Counted from the first letter of the stretch, positions 1-9,439 are shown. The stretch is 32,000 nt of DNA from Haloquadratum walsbyi C23 (GCF_000237865.1 NC_017459.1:2340001-2372000); one strand, 5' to 3'. Notes: generated by a model from the letters alone, not told the origin. Program-made: numbers and translations.

Positions 1-450
1 CCTGCAATCCCGGTTCACCCGCTATCGGTTGCGGTTCGAGACGAGAATTCCACCCTTGAGATTCCGATCGACCCCTTCTCACGAATGCTCGCACAGGGAT
101 ATGTACCGGTCACACACGGCGATATCATCATCGATTCTCACTCTGGGGCAACCATTCTGAGTGGCGATGAAATTGTCGTGAGCGTCGCAGAGGGACTTAC
201 AGCTGATCGCGTTGGACTGTGCTCGACGGTTTCGGGTGTCTATGATGACGATGGGAGTGTTATCCCGGAGATTACGACGTATGAGTCAGTTACAGATGTG
301 CTTGGAGATTCAGAGACGACTGATGTCACCGGTGGGATGGCAGGGAAAGTTCGCACATTATTGAATCTTGAGATGCCCGCACATATCTTTGGACCAACAG
401 CACTTGCTGAGTTTTTTGCTCATAAACAAGTTGGAACGAGCATTCAGTAA
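1..450 (+). CDS. amino-acid-kinase-fold protein, probable isopentenyl phosphate kinase (C-terminal part; 5' end is upstream of the window)
   Basis: Frame 1 is open from base 1 (PAIPVHPLSVAVRDENSTLEIPIDPFSRMLAQGYVPVTHGD...), so the listed 85..450 ORF is only the tail of a longer gene. The GDIIID...ILSGDEIV and VSGVYDDDG segments resemble the C-terminal lobe of amino acid kinase/IPK enzymes. Composition is acidic. Confidence 0.55.
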   Translation, partial: PAIPVHPLSVAVRDENSTLEIPIDPFSRMLAQGYVPVTHGDIIIDSHSGATILSGDEIVVSVAEGLTADRVGLCSTVSGVYDDDGSVIPEITTYESVTDVLGDSETTDVTGGMAGKVRTLLNLEMPAHIFGPTALAEFFAHKQVGTSIQ

Positions 451-515
451 TACCTCGATTTCATGTGATTGATGTCGGATAACTCGCATGCAGTAATGAT
501 AACATCGTATCATTA

Positions 516-1373
516 TCACTCAGTTGTCGTGTCATCAGCGTTCTTGGAGCCATCCCCGCCCCCACCCACATCAATAGTAACAGTGAGCCCATCGCGTGCA
601 AATCTAACCTCTCCATCGTATTTTTTCTGAATACGCTCACGCATCGTCTCATGGTTGCCTTCTGTATGTGGAAAGAGATGTGTCAGATACACACGACCGA
701 CTGTAATTCCATTGAGTACATTCGCGAGTTGAGATGGCGTTGGGTGTCCTGAGACGTCAACCCCATCAGGGAATGAGCAGTCATGAACAAGGACTGCAGC
801 CCCATCGGCAAGGCGGGCGATTCTATTTGTTGCCTCTGTATCGCCGGAGAAAACAACGGTCGCTGATTCATCTGCATCTGATGCTTCTGATTGTGCATCA
901 GCACTAATATCCTGTTCCTGTGTTGGCTCAGTGATTCGATATGCAAGTCCATCAACTGAGTGCTCAGTTCGTCTGGCTTCGATATCGAAATCTGCAACAG
1001 TGAATTCAGTTGGTCCAACCTCACGGATACGTAATTCAATCTGATCTGAAAGATACTCGTGTATCTCAAGTAAATCATCGATAAGTCTCTTTGTTCCAGC
1101 AGGTCCGACAATTTCAAGATAGGTCTCACCAGCCAGCCACCGGGCTTTCAATAATGGGAGTAAATCTGTCACATGGTCAATATGATGATGCGTCAAAAGC
1201 ACCGACGAAATATCTTCATAGCCGACCTCAGTCGCGGCAAGGCGTTGAAGAACACCACTGCCACAGTCAACGAGCAGCGCTCGACTGTTGTTATCTGTTG
1301 TAAGTAATGACCCTGTCTGTGCACGGTCAGCAACCGGCATTGGACTACCTGTCCCAAGAAAGGTCAAACGCAT
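516..1373 (-). CDS. metallo-beta-lactamase-fold hydrolase (RNase Z/ElaC-like)
   Basis: 285-aa ORF with an ATG start. It carries the HxHxDH motif (LLTHHHIDHVTD), an N-terminal LTFLGTGSP segment and late VHDCSF / GHPTP / LTHL motifs typical of the MBL fold. It has an acidic internal insert and an acidic tail. Confidence 0.8.
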   Translation of the reverse strand: MRLTFLGTGSPMPVADRAQTGSLLTTDNNSRALLVDCGSGVLQRLAATEVGYEDISSVLLTHHHIDHVTDLLPLLKARWLAGETYLEIVGPAGTKRLIDDLLEIHEYLSDQIELRIREVGPTEFTVADFDIEARRTEHSVDGLAYRITEPTQEQDISADAQSEASDADESATVVFSGDTEATNRIARLADGAAVLVHDCSFPDGVDVSGHPTPSQLANVLNGITVGRVYLTHLFPHTEGNHETMRERIQKKYDGEVRFARDGLTVTIDVGGGGDGSKNADDTTTE

Positions 1374-1504
1374 ATATATTCTAGTGTGACGGGCTGCAAA
1401 TGTATTCGGAATACAATAGCAAAGACTGCAACGATGAGATTACGGCTAATTGCAAACTCAACTCGAACAGAACCGACTTACATTCGTAGCACAAGTGGTT
1501 TACA

Positions 1505-4402
1505 ATGTCTCAGCGTGGGCGAGCGTTACTTCGCGAAGCCGCAGAGCAGGCACGCACTGATGCGGATAAAACATCATTTACGTTCGACCCAGAAACCGTC
1601 GAGATTAATGACGCAGATGTGCTGACCCGACTTGATCCGGCTGTCCAGGAATGGTGGGTCAGCCAATTCGGTCGATATGTTGCTGAGAATGATGGATTCT
1701 TTACACCGCCACAACGAGAAGCGATTCCTCTCGTTGATAATCAAGAGAACGCACTTGTTTGTGCACCGACGGGATCCGGGAAAACACTTGCATCGTTCAC
1801 CGCGGTATTGAATGATCTCTTCAAGCGTGCTCGTAGACGCGACGACGGACTTGAAAACCAGGTATACTGTTTGTATATCTCACCGCTGAAGTCGCTTGCA
1901 AACGACATTCATCGAAATCTCGGTGTGCCGTTATCGGGGATTCGCGAGCGAATTATCGCTGACGCCAAATCCGAGTCCAAATCCGAGTCCGAGTCCGAAG
2001 CCAATACTCAATCGACAAATACAGCAGCCACAGACGGAAGTTCAGGTAGTAAAGAGGATGTCGATTCGAGTATCAACGTGAGACACGCAATTCGTCACGG
2101 CGATACCGATTCAGCGGAACGACAGCGAATGCTTGAGGAAACCCCGCATATTCTGAATACAACACCAGAGACACTCGCAATCTTACTGAATGCCCCAAAA
2201 TTCCGCGAAAAACTTCGTGGGATTGAATATGTCATCGTCGATGAAATTCATAGCCTTGCTGCCAATAAACGTGGCACGCATCTATCAGTCTCACTGGAAC
2301 GGCTTGAGGAACTGACAGAGACATCACCAACGCGAATTGGCTGTTCAGCGACGGTCGAGCCACTTTCGACGGTTGGGAAATTCCTTGTTGGATATAACAA
2401 TGATGGCACCCCGCGTGAGTACGAACTCGTTGATACACGATTCGTTCGTGAATTTGATTTGAGTGTTGAGTGCCCGACTGATGATTTGATTCACACGCCA
2501 CGTGGGAAGGTACAAGCACGGTTTTATGACCGGCTTGAGCAACTCATTGATAATCACAAAAACACAATCGTATTCACCAATACGCGTTCAGGTGCCGAGC
2601 GAGTGCTCTCGACACTGCGAGATCGTTCAGACACATTCGATGAATCAAATTCTGGCTGTCATCACGGGAGTCTCTCAAAGACTCGGCGACAAGAAATTGA
2701 ATCAGAATTGAAGGCAGGAACACTTGATGTTGTAACAACCTCGACAAGTCTTGAACTCGGGATTGATATGCCGCATGTCGATCTTGTTGTCCAGGTTGGA
2801 TCGCCAAAGTCCGTTGCTGCGTTACTACAGCGGGTTGGTCGTGCAGGACATCAACTTGGTGAAACCGTTGAGGGACGGGTGATTGCACTTGATAGAGACG
2901 AACTCGTTGAATGTGCGGTAATGTTACAGAAAGCCGAGTCGGGATTTGTTGATCGGGTGTTTATTCCTGAGGGTGCCCATGATGTCGCTTCACAGCAGAT
3001 TTATGGGATGGCAATTAACGAAATTAGACGAGAGGCGACCTTTCGGCAGATACTGACGCGCGCATATCCATATCGCAATTACGATGACGATGACTGGGAG
3101 GAATTACTTCGATATCTGACCGCGGATTATGATGGACTCGATGAAAAGAACGTTTATCCAAAGATCTGGCGCGATACAAATGACGCCCCATCCGGTGAAC
3201 ATCATTATGACGAGTTCCCTGTCGGTACTCCTTTGATTGGTAAGCGAGGGCGACTTGCAAGAGTTATTTATATGACAAACATCGGGACGATTCCTGATTC
3301 ATTCTCGTGTACAGTCCTGACTCGGAGTGAGGATAAACAGGTCGGCACACTCGATGAGGATTATCTTGACACACTCGAAACGGGTGATGTATTCGTCCTT
3401 GGTGGAGACCGATTCGAATATCGATATCGACGCGGATCAAAGGTGTATGTTGATCGGACGAGTGAGCGTCCAACTGTCCCGTCGTGGTTTTCTGAGCGAC
3501 TTCCATTATCATATGACCTTGGTCGTGAGATTGCTTCGTTCCAGGGTGAGGTAATCAACCGATTGGAAGCTGATGGGGTGACCGCAACTCGCCAATGGCT
3601 TGATGAATTTCCTATTGATGCGAATAGTGCTCGCGCAATCACTCGGATCTATGACCAACAGCGACAGTATACCGGAGCGACAAGCGTTTCAACGGATGAT
3701 CGTCTTGTTGTTGAGGAAGAGCTCGATCGAGATTCATACCGACGGCGATTTTATATTCACTCAACGTACGGCCGTCGATTCAATGATGGACTCTCACGAT
3801 TATTGGCGTATCACTGCGCACAACAGACGAATGCAAATGTGAAGATTGCTGTCGCCGATAATGGATTCACACTTGTAATGCCGCTGAATCGCAAGGTGGA
3901 CGTTGGCGCAGTACTTGAATCAATCGAGCCAGCGGCAGTGCGGTCAGACCTCCGATCAGCGCTTGATGGAACTGATCTTCTGAAGCGATACTTCCGAATC
4001 AACGCAACACGGTCGCTCATGATTTTGAAGCGGTACAAAGGATATGAAAAATCCGCTGCACAACAACAGGTCTCCTCAGAGATGTTATTATCATTCGCGG
4101 AAGAACTTGATTCATTTGCGGTGATTGATGAGACATATAGGGAAATTCTTGAGGATAAACTGAATGTCGATGCAATTGAGGATGCACTCAGGAATATCCA
4201 AGATGATGAATTGATTGTCGAGACTGTCCAAGTTGATTCACCATCACCGCGGGCATTCGGACTCGCAACGCTTGCGGCGAGCGATGTTGTGCTTGCAGAA
4301 GACGAAAGCGCTGTGTTACAAGAGTTCCATGCTCGTGTGCAAGCAGAAATCGGTGATGAAGAAACAGCATCTGAGACGGAAACACAAACATCATCAAGCT
4401 GA
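1505..4402 (+). CDS. lhr: Lhr-type large SF2 DEAD/DEAH-box helicase
   Basis: 965 aa. Walker A is VCAPTGSGKT and motif II is VDEIH. SAT-like CSATV, helicase-C motifs (TSTSLELGIDM, QRVGRAGH) and a long C-terminal Lhr/DEAD-associated region are present. Confidence 0.85.
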   Translation: MSQRGRALLREAAEQARTDADKTSFTFDPETVEINDADVLTRLDPAVQEWWVSQFGRYVAENDGFFTPPQREAIPLVDNQENALVCAPTGSGKTLASFTAVLNDLFKRARRRDDGLENQVYCLYISPLKSLANDIHRNLGVPLSGIRERIIADAKSESKSESESEANTQSTNTAATDGSSGSKEDVDSSINVRHAIRHGDTDSAERQRMLEETPHILNTTPETLAILLNAPKFREKLRGIEYVIVDEIHSLAANKRGTHLSVSLERLEELTETSPTRIGCSATVEPLSTVGKFLVGYNNDGTPREYELVDTRFVREFDLSVECPTDDLIHTPRGKVQARFYDRLEQLIDNHKNTIVFTNTRSGAERVLSTLRDRSDTFDESNSGCHHGSLSKTRRQEIESELKAGTLDVVTTSTSLELGIDMPHVDLVVQVGSPKSVAALLQRVGRAGHQLGETVEGRVIALDRDELVECAVMLQKAESGFVDRVFIPEGAHDVASQQIYGMAINEIRREATFRQILTRAYPYRNYDDDDWEELLRYLTADYDGLDEKNVYPKIWRDTNDAPSGEHHYDEFPVGTPLIGKRGRLARVIYMTNIGTIPDSFSCTVLTRSEDKQVGTLDEDYLDTLETGDVFVLGGDRFEYRYRRGSKVYVDRTSERPTVPSWFSERLPLSYDLGREIASFQGEVINRLEADGVTATRQWLDEFPIDANSARAITRIYDQQRQYTGATSVSTDDRLVVEEELDRDSYRRRFYIHSTYGRRFNDGLSRLLAYHCAQQTNANVKIAVADNGFTLVMPLNRKVDVGAVLESIEPAAVRSDLRSALDGTDLLKRYFRINATRSLMILKRYKGYEKSAAQQQVSSEMLLSFAEELDSFAVIDETYREILEDKLNVDAIEDALRNIQDDELIVETVQVDSPSPRAFGLATLAASDVVLAEDESAVLQEFHARVQAEIGDEETASETETQTSSS

Positions 4403-4469
4403 CCATCACGAATCGGAACCCGACGTGCGACCTATGGGCGAATAGAGTTGGAGACTGATATTAAACTGA

Positions 4470-4491
4470 TGAGAGTCTATTTAGACTCTCA
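4470..4491. terminator. perfect 10-bp-stem hairpin (TGAGAGTCTA tt TAGACTCTCA) between convergent helicase genes
   Basis: Read directly from the sequence. It lies in the 207-bp gap between the lhr stop (4402) and the stop of the minus-strand nuclease-helicase (4610). A role in termination is inferred only. Confidence 0.3.
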
Positions 4492-4609
4492 CTAATAGCT
4501 AGCGTAATCATGTCGGGGATGCGTTGAATCATTGCAATATGGAAAATACAAGTCTCACCGGTATTGGCAATGGTGACAAATAATAGACAGACAATATGAG
4601 ACAAACGTG

Positions 4610-7432
4610 CTATTGCTTCGCCCATTCGAGCAGTGTTGCATAGAAGGGATCTGATGAGAGTGCCGCCGTATCCCCGACAAGAACAAGTCCCTTTCGAGCG
4701 CGCGTAATTGCAACATTGACGCGGCGGGTATCCTCAAAGATCGGCTCCTCAAGTGAGTTGGTGGCGACAAATGAGATAATGATAATCTCCTTTGCTGACC
4801 CCTGGAATCGATCCACGGTGTCGACTGTTACTGATGTTCGTTGACTAATCGCAGCGACCTGTGCCCGAAACGGGGCAATAACACCAATGTCAGATGGGTC
4901 AACACCCGCATCGATGTATGTCGTGACAATATCTGCAATACGGTCAGCTTCAGTTAGATTTGTGTTGCCATCTCGGGTCCCGTCTGGATCAATAAAGACG
5001 ACTGGATCCCGAAGATGTGCTGGAAGCGTGTGGGTTTCTGTTTGATCATTTTGATGTGCGTCCAATCGCTGTTGTTTTTGTTGTCGATAGCTATCGCCGC
5101 CATCTGTTGCAGGACCAGTAGGTGTCTCATCAAGCAGGTCAGTTGGTCGCTGCGTTGCGACCGTTCGTGTCGCTGGTCGTAATTCACCATCATAGAACTT
5201 CTGTGACGAAAAGGCCTGAATCCGCTGTGCCATCCGATATTGTCGATCCAACAGGACTGATGCTTCAGGATGCGTGTCGATAAGTCGCTCGAATAGTGAC
5301 GTCTGAAGATCAGTATCAGCGCGAACAACCGGCGGAAGTTGTTGATGATCACCAACAAGAACGACGCGGTCTGCAAGAGCAACTGCAGCAAGTGTATTTG
5401 GCTCGGTCAGTTGTGACGCTTCATCGATGACGGCAATATCAAACGACTGCTCACGCATAACTCGCGACCCACACGTTGCTGTCGTCGCAGCAACAACTGA
5501 CGCCGATTGAAGTGCTGTTGCGCATGCCGCCGGGGAGCCGGTGTCATCAAGTTTGACATCCTGCATCGAATCATCAATCCCGGCGTTCGTCCCGACACGA
5601 ACAATGCTCTCATCGGAAACATCAACATCCGGATCACGGACAGCTGTAAGTGCATTATCGACCGCACGATTCGTGAACGCTGAGAGAAGTACACGATCAC
5701 CACGGGCAACAAGAACTGACAGCAGTTGTGCAATCGTATACGTCTTGCCGGTGCCAGGAGGACCATGAATAAGTGCAAAGTCCTCAGCATTGACCGCACG
5801 TTTTACAGCACGGTTCTGTGCGTCGTTACTCGGAATGTATGTCTCATCCGCACGATTACTAAATGTTGGCTCACGGCGATTGAAGAAGACAGCCTTCTGT
5901 GTGTCATCACCGCGAAGAATGAAATCATCAAGCGCCGTTAACATCCGATCAATACCAATCTCAGATGGATAGACATCAAGTCGCTTCAGTGTGATTTTCT
6001 CATCTGCGGTGACAACAATCGTTCCATCACCGTTATTATCTGCATCAAGTGTCTGTATTCGACACACCTCTGACTGTCCTGTGATTGGATTCCCATTACT
6101 CCCAAGGGCAGTGTCCCCACTTCGAAGTTTTGAGACAGCATCGTCATCACGAGTTGCACGAATTTCCCATCTTCCAGTGTCGAGTTGTGTGGCTCCTGCT
6201 GGTGTCAGATTGATGAGTGCTCTGTCATCACTCGCCCGTTCACTTGGGGATTGTGTCCATAACTTTCGGTATTCATCGTGAACAGCACGACGTTCACGCT
6301 CAATCGCGTGATAGAACTGCTCAAGATACTCTCGTTCATCAGCAGGGAGTGTCTGCCCAACTTGCCCGGCTTTTGATTCTTGATCAAGTCGTCCGGCAAC
6401 GACACGGCATGTGTCCTGCTCGAAACAATATTCACAGATTGCATCTGCTTCATATCCGGTTGGAATAGACATGTCGTGTTCCATCGCAGCAATCTCATTT
6501 CGCTTGCGGACAACGAATTTCAGTAACCCGGGAGCAATCGAGAAATCCTTTGCTGGAGAGAGATCACCCGTTTCTTCATTCCGGTCGACAGCCGTGTTTT
6601 TTGTATAAAGTAGGGTCCCTGTATTCACATCGATACCGCGATTGACAAGAATGAGCGCATACGCAGCCGCCTGAATTTTATCCTGGAATCGAGGGTCATG
6701 ATCTGTGTTCTTCCCGGTTTTGAGCTCAACAGGGATACCTCGGCGGAGTGCATCAGCACGCCCTTTGATTCCAAACGTCGGTGAAATGAGTGTTTGCTCT
6801 GAGCGCCATGTATCTTCAGATCGACCAAGCGTTCCCTGGTCAAGCCAGCCCTCAATCGCAGTTGCATTCTGTCTGACTTCCTCGCGAACAGCATCGGCAT
6901 CGCGACCAAGCAGACCCAACTCAAGTCCAGCCTCATCAACACGGTCATCAATCGAGGAGGAAAGGTCACGACCACGAAGAAGATCCCCAAAGACCTCATG
7001 GACAATTGTTCCCTTCACCACGGGATATTTCAGTGGAATGCCAGAGAGCTTGTTCAAATAATACATCCGTGGACATTGCACCCATGATCGGATATCTGTG
7101 ACATCAACAATGAACGAGGGCTCAAGAATGACATACGAGTCACTCGTCGTTGAGTATCGTGGATCCCCGCGATATTCATCGAGATCAACATTGGTCACAA
7201 GCAACTCCATCTCGGGTTCAGCATATGTCATCGTCTCTGCCCAGTCACCCCATAGTGTGAGCGTTCGGATTGGATCCTCTGTGAGAGATGAATCAGGAAT
7301 ATCGAGTTCGGCAGTTTCATTTGCCGGAAGGTCATCTACACGGAGAGTTACCTCAACAAGCGTCCGCGATCCTTGGTTTGTGGTGACCTCACGCTCGTCA
7401 TCAATCCTGATGATTTGTCCACGGATTCGCAC
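4610..7432 (-). CDS. Dna2-like nuclease-helicase: N-terminal OB-like domain + Cas4/RecB-type 4Cys nuclease + SF1B helicase
   Basis: 940 aa, apparent GTG start. Cys1 lies in VQCPRMYY and a CEYCFEQDTC cluster follows. Nuclease motifs are GRADAL...PVELKTGK and QAAAYAL (QxxxY). Helicase motifs are Walker A GPPGTGKT, Walker B VIDEASQ, GDHQQLPP, TVDRFQG and VAITRARKGLVLVG. Confidence 0.8.
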   Translation of the reverse strand: MRIRGQIIRIDDEREVTTNQGSRTLVEVTLRVDDLPANETAELDIPDSSLTEDPIRTLTLWGDWAETMTYAEPEMELLVTNVDLDEYRGDPRYSTTSDSYVILEPSFIVDVTDIRSWVQCPRMYYLNKLSGIPLKYPVVKGTIVHEVFGDLLRGRDLSSSIDDRVDEAGLELGLLGRDADAVREEVRQNATAIEGWLDQGTLGRSEDTWRSEQTLISPTFGIKGRADALRRGIPVELKTGKNTDHDPRFQDKIQAAAYALILVNRGIDVNTGTLLYTKNTAVDRNEETGDLSPAKDFSIAPGLLKFVVRKRNEIAAMEHDMSIPTGYEADAICEYCFEQDTCRVVAGRLDQESKAGQVGQTLPADEREYLEQFYHAIERERRAVHDEYRKLWTQSPSERASDDRALINLTPAGATQLDTGRWEIRATRDDDAVSKLRSGDTALGSNGNPITGQSEVCRIQTLDADNNGDGTIVVTADEKITLKRLDVYPSEIGIDRMLTALDDFILRGDDTQKAVFFNRREPTFSNRADETYIPSNDAQNRAVKRAVNAEDFALIHGPPGTGKTYTIAQLLSVLVARGDRVLLSAFTNRAVDNALTAVRDPDVDVSDESIVRVGTNAGIDDSMQDVKLDDTGSPAACATALQSASVVAATTATCGSRVMREQSFDIAVIDEASQLTEPNTLAAVALADRVVLVGDHQQLPPVVRADTDLQTSLFERLIDTHPEASVLLDRQYRMAQRIQAFSSQKFYDGELRPATRTVATQRPTDLLDETPTGPATDGGDSYRQQKQQRLDAHQNDQTETHTLPAHLRDPVVFIDPDGTRDGNTNLTEADRIADIVTTYIDAGVDPSDIGVIAPFRAQVAAISQRTSVTVDTVDRFQGSAKEIIIISFVATNSLEEPIFEDTRRVNVAITRARKGLVLVGDTAALSSDPFYATLLEWAKQ

Positions 7433-7563
7433 ATCGCATATCTCCGGGTGGACGAGTAAGACGCTATCGGTCGTATTATTATAGTTGAATTAAAAATGAT
7501 TCAATTGCGCATGTGACATGGAGATAGCCGTTATCCTCTTTCACTCGGGACTCCATATATTAC

Positions 7564-7586
7564 ACTCGGCTCTGCACGTTTAAATA
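7564..7586. repeat. IS copy A left terminal inverted repeat
   Basis: It matches the reverse complement of 8828..8850 at 20 of 23 positions (19 of the first 20). Confidence 0.85.
7579..7586 (+). promoter_or_regulatory. TATA-like box (TTTAAATA) inside the left IR, candidate transposase promoter
   Basis: It ends 31 nt upstream of the transposase ATG (7617). That spacing fits haloarchaeal TATA-to-TSS distance with a near-leaderless mRNA. Confidence 0.35.
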
Positions 7587-7616
7587 GGGGCGTGATGTAG
7601 GCAGCATTGAAACTTG

Positions 7617-8834
7617 ATGCTGCCGATTACGGATTTCCTCTCGTGCACCGACGTGCTGGATGAATTCGACTCGCTATCATATCATCAAACGACTCACGCC
7701 AAAACGTACGTGACAGGTCTTGCTGCGGGCCGCAGCAAGACTGTAACCGGAATTGCACGAGAGGTCCTTCCTGCCGGAAGTGACCGAGCACTCAACAAGT
7801 TCATCACCGAATACGATTGGGATGAGGATCAGCTCAATCACGAGCGGTTAGAGGAACTGCAAAAACACGGAGAGACACGCTGGTCACAAAACGGCTATAT
7901 CGTTATTGACGATTCAGTCATCCAGCGAACCGGGAAGTCCCTTCCCGGTGCTGGAGAGTTCTACGATCACTCTGAGGGTGAGCCTGTTTGGGGACAGAAC
8001 CTCGTCTACGCGTTCTATACCGATGATAAAACGTCCTATCCACTTGCTTTTCGCCAGTACGAGAAGGTCGACGACGAGGACGAGGAAGACGAACAGGAGA
8101 CAAAATACGACCTCGCACGAGAGATAATCACGGAATTAGAAGAAGAGGTAGGTGTGCCTGCGGGCACCTACCTCTTCGATGCATGGTTTGCTCATGACTC
8201 CGGTCTGATCGAACACGTCGAATCACACGGCAAGGACTGGATTGGACCACTACGGGGCAACCGACAGGTGACCTACGCGAACAAAGAGAGACGCGTCGAT
8301 GCGCTCGAAGAGTGCATCGACAAGGAAGAGCGAGAAGTTGACGGTGAAACGTACAAAATTTGGACTAAGACAGTCCCTGTCTCGAAATTAGGTGAAGTTC
8401 GGCTGGTAATCACAGAGAAGGTTACCGATGAGGACAAAGAGAATCCAGTAAAGTATCTTGCGACGAGCAAGATTGACGCGCCTTCGGCACACATTATTCG
8501 GAGCTATTCGTACAGATGGCGAGTAGAGACATTCTTCGAGGACTCGAAAGAGGATCTTGGCTTAGGAGACTGCGAGGTTCGTGATTCTGACGGTGCCAGT
8601 CGTCACTGGCACCTTCAGATGCTGGCCTACAGCCTTCTTCGGCTTGGTCCGGAATCGAGCGCCTCGGAGCGACTTGTCTCGAAAGCCTCGTCGCTCCGAT
8701 CACAACTCGAACACGGTCTCAAGGAGACGATCTACAACATGTTTTCCTGGGTGCGCGATCAACCAGACCGCGATCTCGATGGACTGATGGAAGACATTGA
8801 CCACCTCTTTCTCCATTCTGAGGGTAGTTTATAA
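7617..8834 (+). CDS. DDE transposase (IS4-superfamily type)
   Basis: ATG at 7617 (the track starts at TTG 7614). Candidate DDE residues lie in VIDDSV, LFDAWF and RVETFF. An exact Y-(2)-R-(3)-E-(6)-K signature occurs in YSYRWRVETFFEDSK. The protein is identical to the 23959..25179 ORF. Confidence 0.9.
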   Translation: MLPITDFLSCTDVLDEFDSLSYHQTTHAKTYVTGLAAGRSKTVTGIAREVLPAGSDRALNKFITEYDWDEDQLNHERLEELQKHGETRWSQNGYIVIDDSVIQRTGKSLPGAGEFYDHSEGEPVWGQNLVYAFYTDDKTSYPLAFRQYEKVDDEDEEDEQETKYDLAREIITELEEEVGVPAGTYLFDAWFAHDSGLIEHVESHGKDWIGPLRGNRQVTYANKERRVDALEECIDKEEREVDGETYKIWTKTVPVSKLGEVRLVITEKVTDEDKENPVKYLATSKIDAPSAHIIRSYSYRWRVETFFEDSKEDLGLGDCEVRDSDGASRHWHLQMLAYSLLRLGPESSASERLVSKASSLRSQLEHGLKETIYNMFSWVRDQPDRDLDGLMEDIDHLFLHSEGSL

Positions 8835-8835
8835 A
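8828..8835 (+). promoter_or_regulatory. outward-facing TATA-like box (TTTATAAA) in the IS right end, at promoter distance from the next gene
   Basis: It ends 29 nt upstream of the ATG at 8864. Only 13 bp of non-IS DNA separate the IS end from that ATG. Confidence 0.3.
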
Positions 8836-8850
8836 CGTGCAGAGTCGAGT
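8828..8850. repeat. IS copy A right terminal inverted repeat
   Basis: Reverse complement is ACTCGACTCTGCACGTTTATAAA. It contains the palindromic TATA-like TTTATAAA. Confidence 0.85.
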
Positions 8851-8863
8851 ATTACATATATCT

Positions 8864-9439
8864 ATGCATATCAGAGATTGGCAAGATATTCTAACGGACG
8901 TAACAGAGGCGGATGTCGACCCGGATGGATGGCGAGCCGTTGCTGGAACGCGACAGGAAGGTCTTGGTGAGGACCTCTTCTTAGGGCATCCAAATGCCGG
9001 AGTATATGAACTGAAGACGTATGCAAAAAACCCGCGAGAACTCCGAGGTGTCGGGACTCAGGTTGCACGACGGATTGATGATGAACTTGACCCACTGCTC
9101 CCACAGCAAAACCGACAACAAGATACTGAATCTGAGGAGCAAGGTCGGTTTGCAGTACAGTCACCACCAAGTGATGAAGAACATGCAGAGTCGATGGCAA
9201 AGCGTCTTGAGGAGACCGTTCGCGTTCACTCTGAAGCACCGACCTCACCTGATGATTTCTTCACCGACGTAATGGACGCGCTTGAAAGCCCGGCGTTTGG
9301 TCCAATGAAATATGAATTCGATGGTCGACCAGAGGAGCTAGATAAGCTTACTGAGACGTTTGAAGATACTGATGACTTACTTGCAAAGGATCTTGATGAC
9401 CTCGTTGAGAGTGACGAGGTAAGTCGTGGATTCCAGTGA
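8864..9439 (+). CDS. acidic hypothetical protein (no family recognised)
   Basis: The listed ORF 8837..9439 begins inside the IS. The first start outside the element is the in-frame ATG at 8864 (MHIRDWQDIL...). Composition is strongly acidic and halophile-like, and no transmembrane segment is apparent. Confidence 0.65.
   Translation: MHIRDWQDILTDVTEADVDPDGWRAVAGTRQEGLGEDLFLGHPNAGVYELKTYAKNPRELRGVGTQVARRIDDELDPLLPQQNRQQDTESEEQGRFAVQSPPSDEEHAESMAKRLEETVRVHSEAPTSPDDFFTDVMDALESPAFGPMKYEFDGRPEELDKLTETFEDTDDLLAKDLDDLVESDEVSRGFQ

Larger units (their letters stand above)
7564..8850 (+). mobile_element. IS element copy A (1287 bp, single DDE transposase, IS4-superfamily signature; size and TSD fit the archaeal ISH3-type)
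   Basis: Imperfect terminal inverted repeats are ACTCGGCTCTGCACGTTTAAATA (7564..7586) and the reverse complement of 8828..8850, ACTCGACTCTGCACGTTTATAAA. A 5-bp direct repeat ATTAC flanks the element at 7559..7563 and 8851..8855. A second, apparently identical copy lies at 23943..25229. Confidence 0.9.

Noticed and set aside
8837-8863. Upstream extension of the orphan gene (track start 8837)
   Set aside because: These codons begin inside the IS terminal repeat. The in-frame ATG at 8864, outside the element, is the plausible original start.
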